Shown in pieces: positions 38,922 through 49,547 of a stretch of 64,000 nucleotides of DNA. Each line of letters begins with the position of its first letter. Position 1 is the first letter of the stretch. Position numbers and translations under genes: made by a program. The DNA is from an uncultured Nitrospiraceae bacterium (GTDB lineage: Bacteria > Nitrospirota > Nitrospiria > Nitrospirales > Nitrospiraceae), in the NCBI GenBank assembly GCA_963846575.1, contig CAWJWJ010000001.1, forward strand, positions 1,152,001-1,216,000. Direction: 5' to 3'. The notes below the pieces were generated by a model, which saw only the letters and a program-made list of their open reading frames with translations, had not been told where the DNA came from and ran no database searches.

Positions 38922-40673
38922 TCATCTATCACATTCTCCCATGACGATGTCGTAGGTTCCGAAGATCGTGATGATATCCGAGATCAGGTACCCCCGTGCC
39001 ATGTGGTCGAAGGCCCCCATATGAATGAAGGAAGGTGAACGGATTTTCAGTCGATAGGGCCGCGCGCTTCCGTCGCTGACGATAAAGAAGCCCAACTCAC
39101 CCTTGGGCACTTCCGTGCCGCAGTAGGTTTCACCCTTGGGTGGCTTAAACCCCTGCGTGAAGATAATAAAGTGGTGAATCAGGCTCTCCATGTCGCGCAT
39201 GACCTTGACCTTGGGGGGAGGGATCACCTGCGGCACGTCCGCCATGACCGCGCCTTCCGGCATCTGGTCAAGACATTGGGCGATGATGCGGGAGCTTTGC
39301 CGCATTTCCTCCATGCGGACCCAGTAGCGGTCGTAGGTATCGCCGTTTTTCCCGAGAGGCACTTCCCACTCGACCCTGTTATAGGCCCCGTAGGGTTCGT
39401 ACTTGCGTACGTCGTAATCGACACCCGACCCTCGAAGCGTCGGACCGGTGAGACCGAAGTTGATCGCGTCTTCCGCTGAGATCACGGCCACATTTCTCGT
39501 CCGTCCCACCCAGATTCGATTGGACATGAGCAACTGGTTGTACTCGTCGACTTTGTCGGGAAACGTCTTCAGAAAGGCCTTCAGGCGAGCGACCAGGTCC
39601 GGCGTGAAATCGCTGTCCACCCCGCCGATGCGGTAGTAGTTCAAGGTCAGACGCGCGCCGCAGAGTTTTTCGAACATGTCCAGCAGTGTTTCCCGTTCGC
39701 GAAACGTCCAGAAAAACACGGTCATGGCCCCGATGTCGAGCGCCTGCGTCCCCAGCCAGAAGAGGTGCCCCACGATCCGTTGCATCTCCGCGACGATGGT
39801 GCGGACGTATTCGGCCCGTTCAGGCACGGTGATGTCGAGCAATTTTTCGACGGCGCGCACATAGGCGTAGTTATTCGTCATGGCACACACATAGTCGAGT
39901 CGGTCGGTGTGCGGAATGATCTGCATGTAATGGAGGCCTTCCGCCAGTTTCTCGACTCCGCGGTGCAGATATCCCAGGTCCGGCGTGGCCTTGACGATAC
40001 GCTCGCCGTCCAATTCCAACACTACCCGGAGCACGCCGTGCGTACTGGGATGCTGCGGCCCCATGTTCAGCAGCAATTCTTCCCGCCGGTGGGTGCTTTC
40101 GACAGGGGCGGCGGCCAGGAATGCCTGTTTTTCTTTCTCGGGTACCTCCCCGCTCGACTGCATCTCGGGGGTTTCGTCCAGTCGCGGAATGAAGGGAAAG
40201 GAGCTACGCCACCCGCGTCCTTCGGTGGGGAAATCTTTGCGCAGCGGATGCCCCTCTTCATAGTCTTCGGGCAGGAGAATACGTCGAAGGTCGGGGTGGC
40301 CGACGAAGGTGATGCCCATGAGATCGTAGACCTCGCGTTCCATGAACTCGGCGCCTTTCCAGATACCGGTGATGGAGGCGATCTCAGCGAGATCTTCGGT
40401 CACGCGCGCCTTCAGCCTGATGCGGCGGCGATGCGGCAGAGAGAGCAGTTGATAGACGATCTCAAAGCGTTCCGGGTCATCGGGATAGTCCACCGCGCAG
40501 ATGTCGGTAATGTGGTCGAACGAAGCCTCCGGCGTATCATGCAGCCAGCGGGCAATGTCCACGATCCGGGCGGCGGTGACGCGTGCGGACACCTCGTTTC
40601 GTGCGGTGTCCACCTCGACGGCGCGGATCGCGTCGGGGAAGGCGGTCATGAGTCGTTCAAGCAGCGGTTGCAT
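38922..40673 (-). CDS. nuoCD: NADH-quinone oxidoreductase fused subunit C/D
   Basis: EREVYDLMG, GHPLRKDFP (C); NMGPQHPSTHGVLR, GYLHRGVEK, GECDR (D). Confidence 0.96.
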   Translation of the reverse strand: MQPLLERLMTAFPDAIRAVEVDTARNEVSARVTAARIVDIARWLHDTPEASFDHITDICAVDYPDDPERFEIVYQLLSLPHRRRIRLKARVTEDLAEIASITGIWKGAEFMEREVYDLMGITFVGHPDLRRILLPEDYEEGHPLRKDFPTEGRGWRSSFPFIPRLDETPEMQSSGEVPEKEKQAFLAAAPVESTHRREELLLNMGPQHPSTHGVLRVVLELDGERIVKATPDLGYLHRGVEKLAEGLHYMQIIPHTDRLDYVCAMTNNYAYVRAVEKLLDITVPERAEYVRTIVAEMQRIVGHLFWLGTQALDIGAMTVFFWTFRERETLLDMFEKLCGARLTLNYYRIGGVDSDFTPDLVARLKAFLKTFPDKVDEYNQLLMSNRIWVGRTRNVAVISAEDAINFGLTGPTLRGSGVDYDVRKYEPYGAYNRVEWEVPLGKNGDTYDRYWVRMEEMRQSSRIIAQCLDQMPEGAVMADVPQVIPPPKVKVMRDMESLIHHFIIFTQGFKPPKGETYCGTEVPKGELGFFIVSDGSARPYRLKIRSPSFIHMGAFDHMARGYLISDIITIFGTYDIVMGECDR

Positions 40674-40683
40674 CGTTCCCGGT

Positions 40684-41163
40684 TTATTTCACGAAGACTC
40701 GTTCACGCTGGATCTTCTGTTGGAGTTTCAACAGGCCGTCCAGCAACGCTTCCGGACGAGGCGGGCAGCCCGCAATATACACGTCGACCGGCACGATCTG
40801 GTCCACTCCCTGAACGACCGCGTAGCTGTTGTAGTGATTGCCGGAGGTCGCGCAGGATCCCATGGAGATGACATAACGCGGTTCCGGCATCTGATCGTAA
40901 ATCCGTCGGATGACCGGGGCCATCTTTCGACAGACCGTTCCGGCGACGATCATCAAATCCGACTGTCGCGGCGAGGCACGGAAGACGCCGGCGCCGAACC
41001 GGTCGATGTCATACCGCGACGAGACGCTGGCGATCATTTCGATGGCGCAACAGGCCAGCCCGAACGTCATGGGCCAGAGGGAAGACTTACGCGCCCAACA
41101 GACAAGGGCATCGAGATTCGTCGTCATGATATTGGCATCAAGCTGGCGCTCTAGAAAGCTCAT
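40684..41163 (-). CDS. nuoB: NADH-quinone oxidoreductase subunit B
   Basis: [28 protein letters not shown]. Confidence 0.97.
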   Translation of the reverse strand: MSFLERQLDANIMTTNLDALVCWARKSSLWPMTFGLACCAIEMIASVSSRYDIDRFGAGVFRASPRQSDLMIVAGTVCRKMAPVIRRIYDQMPEPRYVISMGSCATSGNHYNSYAVVQGVDQIVPVDVYIAGCPPRPEALLDGLLKLQQKIQRERVFVK

Positions 41164-41266
41164 CGTCCTCTCACTTTCCCATCCGCTTGAGCAAGAAGGA
41201 GGAGCGGGCTGGTCGCCTCCGGCCGCGCGCAACGGAGGCGGCTAGGTCGCTCATGATATCCGTTAT

Positions 41267-41638
41267 TCAGTCCCATTCGAGCGCCCCTTTTTTCCAGGCG
41301 TACCAGAACCCGACGATCAAAATGGCGATGAACAGCCCCATCTCCACCAAGCCTACCAGCCCCAGTTTCCTGAATGCGACGGCCCAGGGGAACATGAATA
41401 CGATTTCGATGTCGAAAATCACGAACAGCATTGCAATGATGTAATAGCGAATCGGAAACTGCACTCGGGCGTCCGAGAACAAAGGGCTGCCGCTCTCGTA
41501 GGGCGCGAGTTTGGCGCGATACGGCCGGCTCGGCCGCACGATACGTCCCACCAGCAACTGGATCGCGCCAAAGGCGGCCGCAATGACCATAAAGATCAGA
41601 ATGGGAATGTAATTCAGCGGCGCGGCTTCGCTACCCAT
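41267..41638 (-). CDS. nuoA: NADH-quinone oxidoreductase subunit A
   Basis: YESG, FVIFDIEIVFMFPWA, KGALEW. Confidence 0.97.
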   Translation of the reverse strand: MGSEAAPLNYIPILIFMVIAAAFGAIQLLVGRIVRPSRPYRAKLAPYESGSPLFSDARVQFPIRYYIIAMLFVIFDIEIVFMFPWAVAFRKLGLVGLVEMGLFIAILIVGFWYAWKKGALEWD

Positions 41639-41715
41639 GGTGTACCCGTGATCTGTGACAGGTGAAGCATACAGCGCTGGTGTGTGCGATCGCCATCATT
41701 ACCTGCCGGGTGCCG

Positions 41716-42891
41716 TTAGGCGGCCGAATGTGTTGCTAAGATGGATCCGAAGAACGGCTGGAACTTCAGTCCATCCAATTCCGGTTTGGCCATGTTCTTG
41801 TGCTGCACCAGGACTTTGAAGGTCCGTCCCATGCCGTCAGGTCGCAGGAGGTGAATGGCGGCAAAAAATTCAGGGGATTCAGGCTGAAGCGACTCCAGCA
41901 GCTGCTCGGCGCCGAGGCCGATCAGAAAACTCATTTGATTCGTAAATCCGGTGACATCCAATCCAGCTGACTGGCCCGCCCTCGCCAACGCGGTGAAGTC
42001 GACGTGCGCTGTCATATCCTGCTCACCCACTCGATCAAACGCATCTTCCGTCGTGGTCTGGTTGTAATAACACAGAAAGGTGCCGGTTCTGCGTTCCGGT
42101 CCGTAGAGATCATCGGAGGTATGGCCGTAGTCAATGGTCATGACCAGGCCGCGATCCATGACGTGCCCCACCTGCTTCATCCACCGAATCGCCTCAAGGT
42201 TGATTTCTGTCCGGTAACCTTCCGGCAGGGTGAGCGCGCTCTCCCGTATATAGGCCGCCAGGTCGTCGGACAGCGGCCGGAACACCTCAGTGAAGCGGTC
42301 CTCCTGCCAATCGACATACATTTCCTGCGGCGTCCCGTCGAGCACCGCGATGCGATGCACCGGGAACGCGTCCACCAGCTCATTGGAAAAGAAGAGGCCC
42401 GTGACGCTCTCCGTCGGAAGCTCTTCCAGGCGATCGATCCAGACGACCCGACCGTTGTGCGCGAGCCAGGGGGCGAGTGCGTGCTGTTGCAGCATGCGCA
42501 TTGCAGCGCTGCGCTCAATCAAAATGTAGCGGAGACGTTCACCGAGGTTCGCCGGAGCACTCTGACAGGTGGTCAGAAAATCCCGCGCGAGCAGCCCCTT
42601 GCCCGGTCCCATCTCCACCACGGTGAAAGGATCAGGGTGTCCGAGTAGTGCATCGAGCTGCTGTGCCTGTTTGGCCAGCGCCTGTCCCAGGATCGGATGC
42701 ACATCGGCGCTGGTGTAGAAGTCGCCTGACCACCCGATACGTTCCATGGTGGGGTCGTCGACCGGGCGTACGTAGTAGCCGAACCGTGGATGATAGAGCG
42801 CCAGGTCCATGAAGCGGGCGAATGAAACGGGACCCGTGGCCGCAATCTCGGCTCTGATCTCCTCCAACAATTGTGGATGCCCCGTGCTCAA
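41716..42891 (-). CDS. SAM-dependent methyltransferase, MidA/NDUFAF7 (DUF185) family
   Basis: FARFMDLALYHP.FGYY, GDFYTS, EMGPGKG, SNELVDAFPV, IDYG, GEQDMTAHVDF; TTG start. Confidence 0.9.
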   Translation of the reverse strand: MSTGHPQLLEEIRAEIAATGPVSFARFMDLALYHPRFGYYVRPVDDPTMERIGWSGDFYTSADVHPILGQALAKQAQQLDALLGHPDPFTVVEMGPGKGLLARDFLTTCQSAPANLGERLRYILIERSAAMRMLQQHALAPWLAHNGRVVWIDRLEELPTESVTGLFFSNELVDAFPVHRIAVLDGTPQEMYVDWQEDRFTEVFRPLSDDLAAYIRESALTLPEGYRTEINLEAIRWMKQVGHVMDRGLVMTIDYGHTSDDLYGPERRTGTFLCYYNQTTTEDAFDRVGEQDMTAHVDFTALARAGQSAGLDVTGFTNQMSFLIGLGAEQLLESLQPESPEFFAAIHLLRPDGMGRTFKVLVQHKNMAKPELDGLKFQPFFGSILATHSAA

Positions 42892-43203
42892 AGTGACACC
42901 ACCATAACCGGCAGCCGTCTGTCATTTCGCGCGCCACCCCACGAAATGGCTTACCTGCCTGATTTCCTAGTGAAAAGAGGGGGTTAGATTAGCCGCTGGC
43001 CTTGCGGCAAGTCAAGGCGAAAAGACCCTCTGTGACCGGAGAATGTCGCACGGGAGGCGAGAAGGGCTGCGGACTTCAACTCCCGTCGCGCCGGTCGTTG
43101 CGCAGTTCCGCGGAGACGAATGCCGTGAGTCGGACAGGTGAACGGCGGAGGCGACGTTTGACCGGAGCAAGCGGCGAAACAGGGGGTCAACTCAGTCCCG
43201 TCC

Positions 43204-45907
43204 TCACGTGCCGTGGCACTTCTTGTATTTTTTCCCGCTGCCGCAGGGACAGGGGTCGTTACGACCGACTTTGTCCGGTTGGCGCTGGGCGCTTTGCGGA
43301 GCTGGTTCGTCGCTGCGATTGAGCACCATGCGCGGCGGCGGGGTGGGTTCTGGTACCGGCGGCGGCTGCTCGCCCCTGACGGCCTGCACCCGGAACAGTC
43401 GCTCCAGCACGTCCGACTTGATCCGGTCCATCATGGACGAGAACATGTCGAAGCCTTCGCGCTTATATTCGATCAGCGGGTCCTTTTGCCCGTAGCCCCG
43501 GAGGCCGATCCCGTCGCGCAGATGGTCCATGCCCAGCAGATGATCTTTCCAATGGTGATCGATCACCTGGAGGAGAAGCATCTTTTCGAGGTACCGCATC
43601 AGCTCGGTGCCGAGTTCCTGCTCCTTACGGTCATAGGACTGGCGCACCTGCTGGTGGATTTCTTCGATGAGGGCATCGCGACCGACATCCTTGAAGTGTT
43701 CGGCCACGCTGTCGTGGCCCTGCGTGAGGTCCAGAGCGAATTGCCCTTCCAGCGCCTCTCCGAGCCCGTTGTAGTCCCATTCTTCCTGATACTGCTCGGC
43801 CGGGCAGTAGGTGTCGACGAAGGCCTGCACAACATCCTTCATCATGTCGTGGATGTCCTGCTGAATATGTTCGCCGGCGAGCACTGCGTGACGGTGCTGG
43901 TAAATGACTTCGCGCTGCTTGTTCATGACGTCGTCATACTCAAGCAGCTGCTTGCGGATTTCAAAGTTATGCGCCTCGACCTTCTTCTGCGCATTGGCGA
44001 TGGCGCGGGTCACCATGCCATGTTCGATCGGCACGCCCTCTTCCATGCCCAGCTTCAGCATCAGCTGGGACACGCGCTCGGAGGCGAAAATACGCATCAG
44101 GTCGTCTTCGAGCGACAGGTAGAATCGCGAGGACCCCGGATCGCCTTGACGGCCCGCGCGTCCGCGGAGCTGGTTGTCGATACGGCGGCTCTCGTGCCGC
44201 TCCGTGCCGAGGATATGCAGACCCCCCGCGGCGATCACGGCCTGCTTGTCCTTTTCGCACTCGGCCTTGATCCCTTCAAAAATCTCCAGCTTGCGCTCCT
44301 CCGGCAGGGTTTCGTCCTGATACAGGATACGCTTGAAGAGAAAGTCAGGATTGCCGCCTAACAGGATGTCCGTGCCGCGTCCCGCCATGTTGGTGGCGAT
44401 GGTTACCGCCCCCTTCTGCCCGGCTTGCGCGATGATTTCCGCTTCTTTCTCATGGAATTTGGCATTGAGGACATTGTGCTTAATGCCGTTCCGGCTCAGG
44501 TATCCGGCGAGGCGCTCGGATTTTTCAATGGAGATCGTGCCGACCAGGACCGGCTGGCCGCGCTCATGGCAGTCCTTGATCTCCTCGACGATGGCTGTGA
44601 ACTTCTCCTTTTCGGTGCGGAACACCACGTCGGCGTAGTCCTTGCGTATCATGGACCGGTTGGTCGGGACGACGTTGACGTCCAGATTGTAGATCTTGGC
44701 GAATTCGCCCGCTTCCGTGTCGGCCGTGCCGGTCATGCCTGCAAGCTTCTTGTACATGCGGAAGTAGTTCTGGAAGGTCACCGAAGCCAGGGTCTGATTT
44801 TCATTGGCGATTTTCACGCCTTCCTTGGCTTCCACAGCCTGGTGCAGTCCGTCGCTCCAGCGCCGCCCCGGCATCAGCCGGCCGGTGAATTCGTCGACGA
44901 TCATGACCTCACCGTCCTTGACCACGTAGTCCACATCGCGCTTGTAGAGGGCATAGGCCTGCAGGGCCTTCACGACGTGGTGCACGAGATCCATGTGCTG
45001 CAGGTCGTAGAGGTTGTCCACCCCCAGCAGCTTTTCCACGCGGACGTTTCCGTCTTCGGTGAGCGAGGCGGTCTTGGTCTTTTCTTCGATCGTGTAGTCC
45101 TGCTCCGGCTTGAGCTGCGGGATGATCGCGTTGATCCGATAGTAGAGATCGGTGGTTTGATCGGTCGGGCCCGGAAATGATCAACGGGGTTCGCGCTTCG
45201 TCGATGAGAATGCTGTCGACTTCGTCCACGATCGCGAAGTTCAGCGGCCGCTGGACGCATTGGCTCAGGTCGCTCACGATCAGGTTGTCGCGAAGATAAT
45301 CGAAGCCGTACTCGTTGTTGGTGCCGTACGTGATCTCGGCGCGATAGGCTTCGTGCCGGCTGCAGGGCCGCAGGTGCTGCAGGCGCTTGTCCGCGGCTTC
45401 ATAGGTCGGATCATAGATGAATGAGGCGTCATGCTGGATGATGCCGACCGACAGGCCGAGCGCATGGTAAAGCTGAGCCATCCATTGCGCGTCGCGTTTG
45501 GCCAGATAGTCGTTGACGGTGACGAGATGGGCGCCTTTGCCCTCGAGCGCGTTCAGATAGAGGGGAAGCGTGGCGACCAGTGTTTTTCCTTCACCGGTTT
45601 TCATTTCAGCGATGCGACCCTTATTCAGGATCATGCCGCCGATCAGCTGGACGTCGAAGTGCCGCATGTTCAACCTGCGGCGCGACATCTCCCGGCAGAC
45701 GGCGAAGGCCTCGGGCAAAATGTCATCGAGCGTTTCCCCCGCCTCGAGGCGCTTCTTGAAATCCTGGGTCTTATCGGCCAACCCTTGATCGGACAGCGGC
45801 GTCAGGGTCGACTCGAGGCCGTTGATGCGCTCGACGACCGGCCGCAACGTCTTGATCTCGCGATCATTCTTGCTTCCGAAGACAATATTTAATACTTGTG
45901 TCAGCAT
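43204..45907 (-). CDS. secA: Preprotein translocase SecA, split by a 1-bp frameshift near 45168 (probably a sequencing error)
   Basis: ORF 44909-45907 has MKTGEGKT and [24 protein letters not shown] 43204-45039 has [23 protein letters not shown] and [17 protein letters not shown]. Removing one base restores [16 protein letters not shown]. Confidence 0.95.
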
Positions 45908-46146
45908 GCAGGCGCACCTTTATTCTCACGAGCGAGGCTCGAATGGGGAGCATCGGCTCGGCGGCGGAGTATACAGCAATCCATAGGGGAATCCTACCGA
46001 AACAGCGGCCATGGTCTCAACTCCTTCGCAGTCACGGGAGAGGCAGGCCCCGTCGTTGCTTTCGGATGCCCTGCCGTCTATAGTGGGAGCGTCAGCTCAT
46101 CGACCTGTACCGCGAATATCACCCACGAACTCTTCTGTGGATTTCG

Positions 46147-47220
46147 ATGCGGCTAGTAGCCAGTGCTTCTCGTAGTCTTCTCCTCACCCTTTCTATTTTT
46201 TGCCTGTCCGGTCTTGTTGCCGCCCCCGAGGCGTCCGCGGGTCCGGCCTCAGAATCGGCCCGGCGGAACTATGAGCGCGGGGTCACGCTGTTCCGTGAAG
46301 GCGATGCCGATGGTGCAATCGAGGCGCTGAAGAAGGCGATTGCGCAAAACCCCCGGCTGGCGGAAGCCTATCATGTCATGGGTCTGGTGTATTTCCAGAA
46401 CAAGCGGAACCCCGATGAAGCGATTCAGTCCTATAAACAATCTTTAAAGCTCACCTCGCCTTCCGCCGAGATCCTCAATGATCTCGCTGACGTCTATCTG
46501 GCGCAGGGACGAGGGAACGAAGCGGAAGCCACGCTGCGGCAGGTGCTGGATATCGCGCCGGGCAATGAAGAGGCCCACCTGGACCTGGCGCGGCTGTATG
46601 AAGAACGCCGCGATGCCAGAAACGCGGTGAAGATGTATCAATCTCTGCTGCGCGTGCGGCCGGACCATGCCGATGCGCTGTTCCATCTCGCAAATCTGTA
46701 TGACAGCCAAGGGGATACGAGGCTGGCTCGGGAACAGTTGTCCCGTCTGACGCAGTCGAATCCCCGCCACGCCGACGCCTGGTATTTGCTCGGGCGTCTC
46801 GCTGAGCGAGGAAACGACTTACATGCGGCGGCCGCCGCGTTCAAGGAGGCCATTGCGGTCAGGCCCGACCTCGTCGATGCCCATTACAACCTGGGCTTTG
46901 TCTTCCGGAGTCAGGGACTGCTGCTCGAAGCCGAGCGGGAATTTCTCGAGGTGATTCGATATCGCCCGGAATATGCAGAGGCCCATTTGAATCTGGGCAT
47001 GGTGTACACCAACCTGAATCGATTGGATGAAGCGGAAAAGGAGCACGAGCAGGCGGTCGCCCTCAAACCCAATTCCGCGGAGGCCCATTATAATCTCGGG
47101 GTTTTTTACGAGTTGCACCGTAAGGATATGGTCAGGGCCCTGGCGCAATACCGGCGGTACCGTGATTTAGGGGGAAGAGATGAACGGGTCGAGCGCATCG
47201 TCGGGGTGGGCGGACCCTGA
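46147..47220 (+). CDS. Exported TPR-repeat protein
   Basis: Signal peptide; repeated P..AEAHYNLG-type TPR units. Confidence 0.88.
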   Translation: MRLVASASRSLLLTLSIFCLSGLVAAPEASAGPASESARRNYERGVTLFREGDADGAIEALKKAIAQNPRLAEAYHVMGLVYFQNKRNPDEAIQSYKQSLKLTSPSAEILNDLADVYLAQGRGNEAEATLRQVLDIAPGNEEAHLDLARLYEERRDARNAVKMYQSLLRVRPDHADALFHLANLYDSQGDTRLAREQLSRLTQSNPRHADAWYLLGRLAERGNDLHAAAAAFKEAIAVRPDLVDAHYNLGFVFRSQGLLLEAEREFLEVIRYRPEYAEAHLNLGMVYTNLNRLDEAEKEHEQAVALKPNSAEAHYNLGVFYELHRKDMVRALAQYRRYRDLGGRDERVERIVGVGGP

Positions 47221-47241
47221 CCGGGGCAGGTGAATCCCGCG

Positions 47242-47271
47242 TTGACGGTTCCCCAATCACTTTGTTAACCT
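47242..47271 (+). promoter_or_regulatory. Putative sigma70 promoter for the RAPP-leader/TonB locus
   Basis: TTGACG (47242-47247), 18-nt spacer, extended -10 TGnTAACCT (47263-47271), 27 nt before leader ATG 47299. Confidence 0.5.
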
Positions 47272-47298
47272 GCCACCAGACCATCCGGTTCATTTTCT

Positions 47299-47604
47299 AT
47301 GCGACACACGAGCTTCAGAAGCTTCATCTGGATCCTGGCCTGCGTGGTCATTGTCCTGCTGGCCATGACGACCGGCAGTGCGGTGGCGCATGAACTCCAA
47401 CATGCCGCGCATCACAACGCTGCGATGCATGGAACGGGCATTTGCGCCTGGATGTGTGCCACTGCCGGAACGCACGTCGCGACTCCTGTAGACGGGACGC
47501 ATGTCTTCGGAGCGGTCAGTCATTTCCCGATTGACGTGTTCCAGGCGTCTGTCATTCAACCATTGGCTCTCGTCCAACCCCGCGCTCCCCCTGTCTGCTC
47601 CTAA
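47299..47604 (+). CDS. DUF2946/CruR/CutF-like leader protein 1 (His-rich, CAWMC, C-terminal RAPP)
   Basis: N-terminal hydrophobic segment, HELQHAAHH, ICAWMC, QPRAPPVCS*. Confidence 0.8.
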   Translation: MRHTSFRSFIWILACVVIVLLAMTTGSAVAHELQHAAHHNAAMHGTGICAWMCATAGTHVATPVDGTHVFGAVSHFPIDVFQASVIQPLALVQPRAPPVCS

Positions 47605-47732
47605 ACCCAGGCCGCCTGGGACCGTTTCGCTCTACGACGCAACACTGAGAGATCGTCAAAAGTCTGTGGCGTGGGAACTTGCGTGCCGGTGCGTAGTCCC
47701 TGTTCCGAACCGCCGACTTACGGAGACAATCC

Positions 47733-49004
47733 ATGTTTTTGGTCCGTGACTTCCGCACTGCCGTGACTGTTGTGGTGGGACTGCTCGCGCTGGGCGGTTC
47801 GGCCAGCCTCGCCTCCGCCGACGGTGAGCACCAGGCCGCCATCATACTGGAGAAACCATTCGCGCTGGTCCAGTCGACCGCCGCGTTGTCTCCCCCCAGT
47901 CTCCGGTTCACCCGCGCCGGGCTGTTGCATGCGGCCTGGGTGGAGAAAGGTGGCCTGCAGGGAGAGGTCAAGACTGCCGAGGTGGTAAACGGAAAGCCGG
48001 TAGCTTCCCCGGTTCAGGCGAGTCAGGCCGGGAGGGGGCCGGAAACCGTGCATCAATCTCCGGGATTTGCCATCGGTTCGGACGGCGCCCGGTTCGTCAC
48101 CTGGTCCGCCGGCAACAACACTCCCGGGGCGCTGTTCGCGTCGGATCTTCAGCTTGCCCGCGCGACGGACGCGCAGGCGTTTGCGCCTCCGATACAGGTG
48201 AATGACGACAACTTGGCCATTTCGCATACGTTTGAAAGCCTGTCCGTAGGGAAGGGCGGCGAAATTTACATGGCCTGGCTGGACGGACGGAATAAGGATC
48301 GAAGCGGCGCCAGCGCGATGTTCGCCTGCTCTCAGGACGGCGGGCTTACGGTCGGCAAGAACGTGGTGATCGACGGGATGGCCTGCCCCTGTTGCCGCCC
48401 GATGGTAGCCCAGGCGCCGGACGGATCGCTGTGGGTGGCCTGGCGCAAAACCTTTGAAGGGAATGTGCGGGACATCGTCGTGGCCCGCTCGACCGATCAG
48501 GGACACACGTTTACTCCGCCCAGCATTGTACGCCGGGACGGATGGGTGTTCGACGCCTGTCCGCATCGCGGCCCCTCCATCGGCTTCGACCGGACGGGAC
48601 GGATGTATATCGGATGGTACACGGAGGGCAAGGACGAACAGCCTCGGCTCTACATGGCCACCTCGGATGATCGGGGCGCGACGTTTTCAACGCCGGTGGC
48701 CCTGCATTCCGCGGTGACCTCGCTGCCGGACAACCTGCATCTGGCGGTCCACCCCGATGGCCAGGTCGCGGCGGTGTGGGAAGAAGTCACCGGAGTTCGG
48801 AAACGCGTCGTCATGCGCTTGTCCACGGATCGTGGACAGACTTTCGGGCCGATGCTCACGTTGAGCGCCGGGCCCAAGGCCGAACATCCCACGGTCGTCA
48901 TCCATGACAGCGGGAAGGTTGCGATCGGGTGGACGGAACATGCGTTTCCGCACAACAAGCTCATCGTGCAACAGGGGCAAGTGAATCCAGTGGCAGGGCG
49001 GTAG
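47733..49004 (+). CDS. Exported BNR/Asp-box (sialidase-like) beta-propeller protein with CPCC and CPHRGP motifs
   Basis: Signal peptide; S-x-D-x-G-x-T-F Asp-boxes (STDQGHTF, SDDRGATF, STDRGQTF). Confidence 0.85.
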   Translation: MFLVRDFRTAVTVVVGLLALGGSASLASADGEHQAAIILEKPFALVQSTAALSPPSLRFTRAGLLHAAWVEKGGLQGEVKTAEVVNGKPVASPVQASQAGRGPETVHQSPGFAIGSDGARFVTWSAGNNTPGALFASDLQLARATDAQAFAPPIQVNDDNLAISHTFESLSVGKGGEIYMAWLDGRNKDRSGASAMFACSQDGGLTVGKNVVIDGMACPCCRPMVAQAPDGSLWVAWRKTFEGNVRDIVVARSTDQGHTFTPPSIVRRDGWVFDACPHRGPSIGFDRTGRMYIGWYTEGKDEQPRLYMATSDDRGATFSTPVALHSAVTSLPDNLHLAVHPDGQVAAVWEEVTGVRKRVVMRLSTDRGQTFGPMLTLSAGPKAEHPTVVIHDSGKVAIGWTEHAFPHNKLIVQQGQVNPVAGR

Positions 49005-49051
49005 GGCGAACAAGCAGAACCATCCCTTTTGGAAGAGCAAGTGGAGGAGTC

Positions 49052-49510
49052 ATGAAGGCGCAGGCGAATCATTCGGCAGGGTGGGGCGCGGTCTGTGGAA
49101 CGGTGTTGCTGGCCTGGTGGTTAGGGGTCCCCGTCGTTTCGGCAGCCGACACGAAGGGCGAGAAGACGTTTCAGATCGTCGTGACCGACCAGCAGGGCAT
49201 CGAGACCGAACTCAAGAACGGTGTTTTTTATTGGGAAGAAAAATTGAGTGAAACCTCGTTTGTGCCCCATGAGTTGAAGCATCTGCCGGCGAAACGGGGT
49301 ACGGCCACGGTGAATATCAAGTTTGACCAGATCAAGCAGATCGACATCAAGCCCGGGGCCGACAAGACGTCGCCGACCATGACCGTGACCCTGGCCAACG
49401 GCAAGAACGGGGATTTTGCGCCTGCGGTGAACGGGAGCTTCAAGGGCGAATCAGATTTCGGACAAGTCGAAGTGCCTGTCGATTCGATTGCCAAGGCCGT
49501 TTTTAAGTAG
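49052..49510 (+). CDS. Exported hypothetical beta-rich protein
   Basis: SD GGAGGAG; signal peptide ending VSA-AD. Confidence 0.7.
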   Translation: MKAQANHSAGWGAVCGTVLLAWWLGVPVVSAADTKGEKTFQIVVTDQQGIETELKNGVFYWEEKLSETSFVPHELKHLPAKRGTATVNIKFDQIKQIDIKPGADKTSPTMTVTLANGKNGDFAPAVNGSFKGESDFGQVEVPVDSIAKAVFK

Positions 49511-49547
49511 TCGTGGCAGCGACGCATCGTTCGAAAGGATGCAACTG

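Noticed and set aside
26461..41638. 2M-type alternative complex I
   Set aside because: Only one nuoM, and nuoEFG are present: canonical operon.
43204..47604. RAPP leader 1 as a SecM/ApdA-like monitor of secA
   Set aside because: The leader is on the opposite strand and separated from secA by a TPR gene; cis-acting arrest peptides act on the downstream co-transcribed gene.
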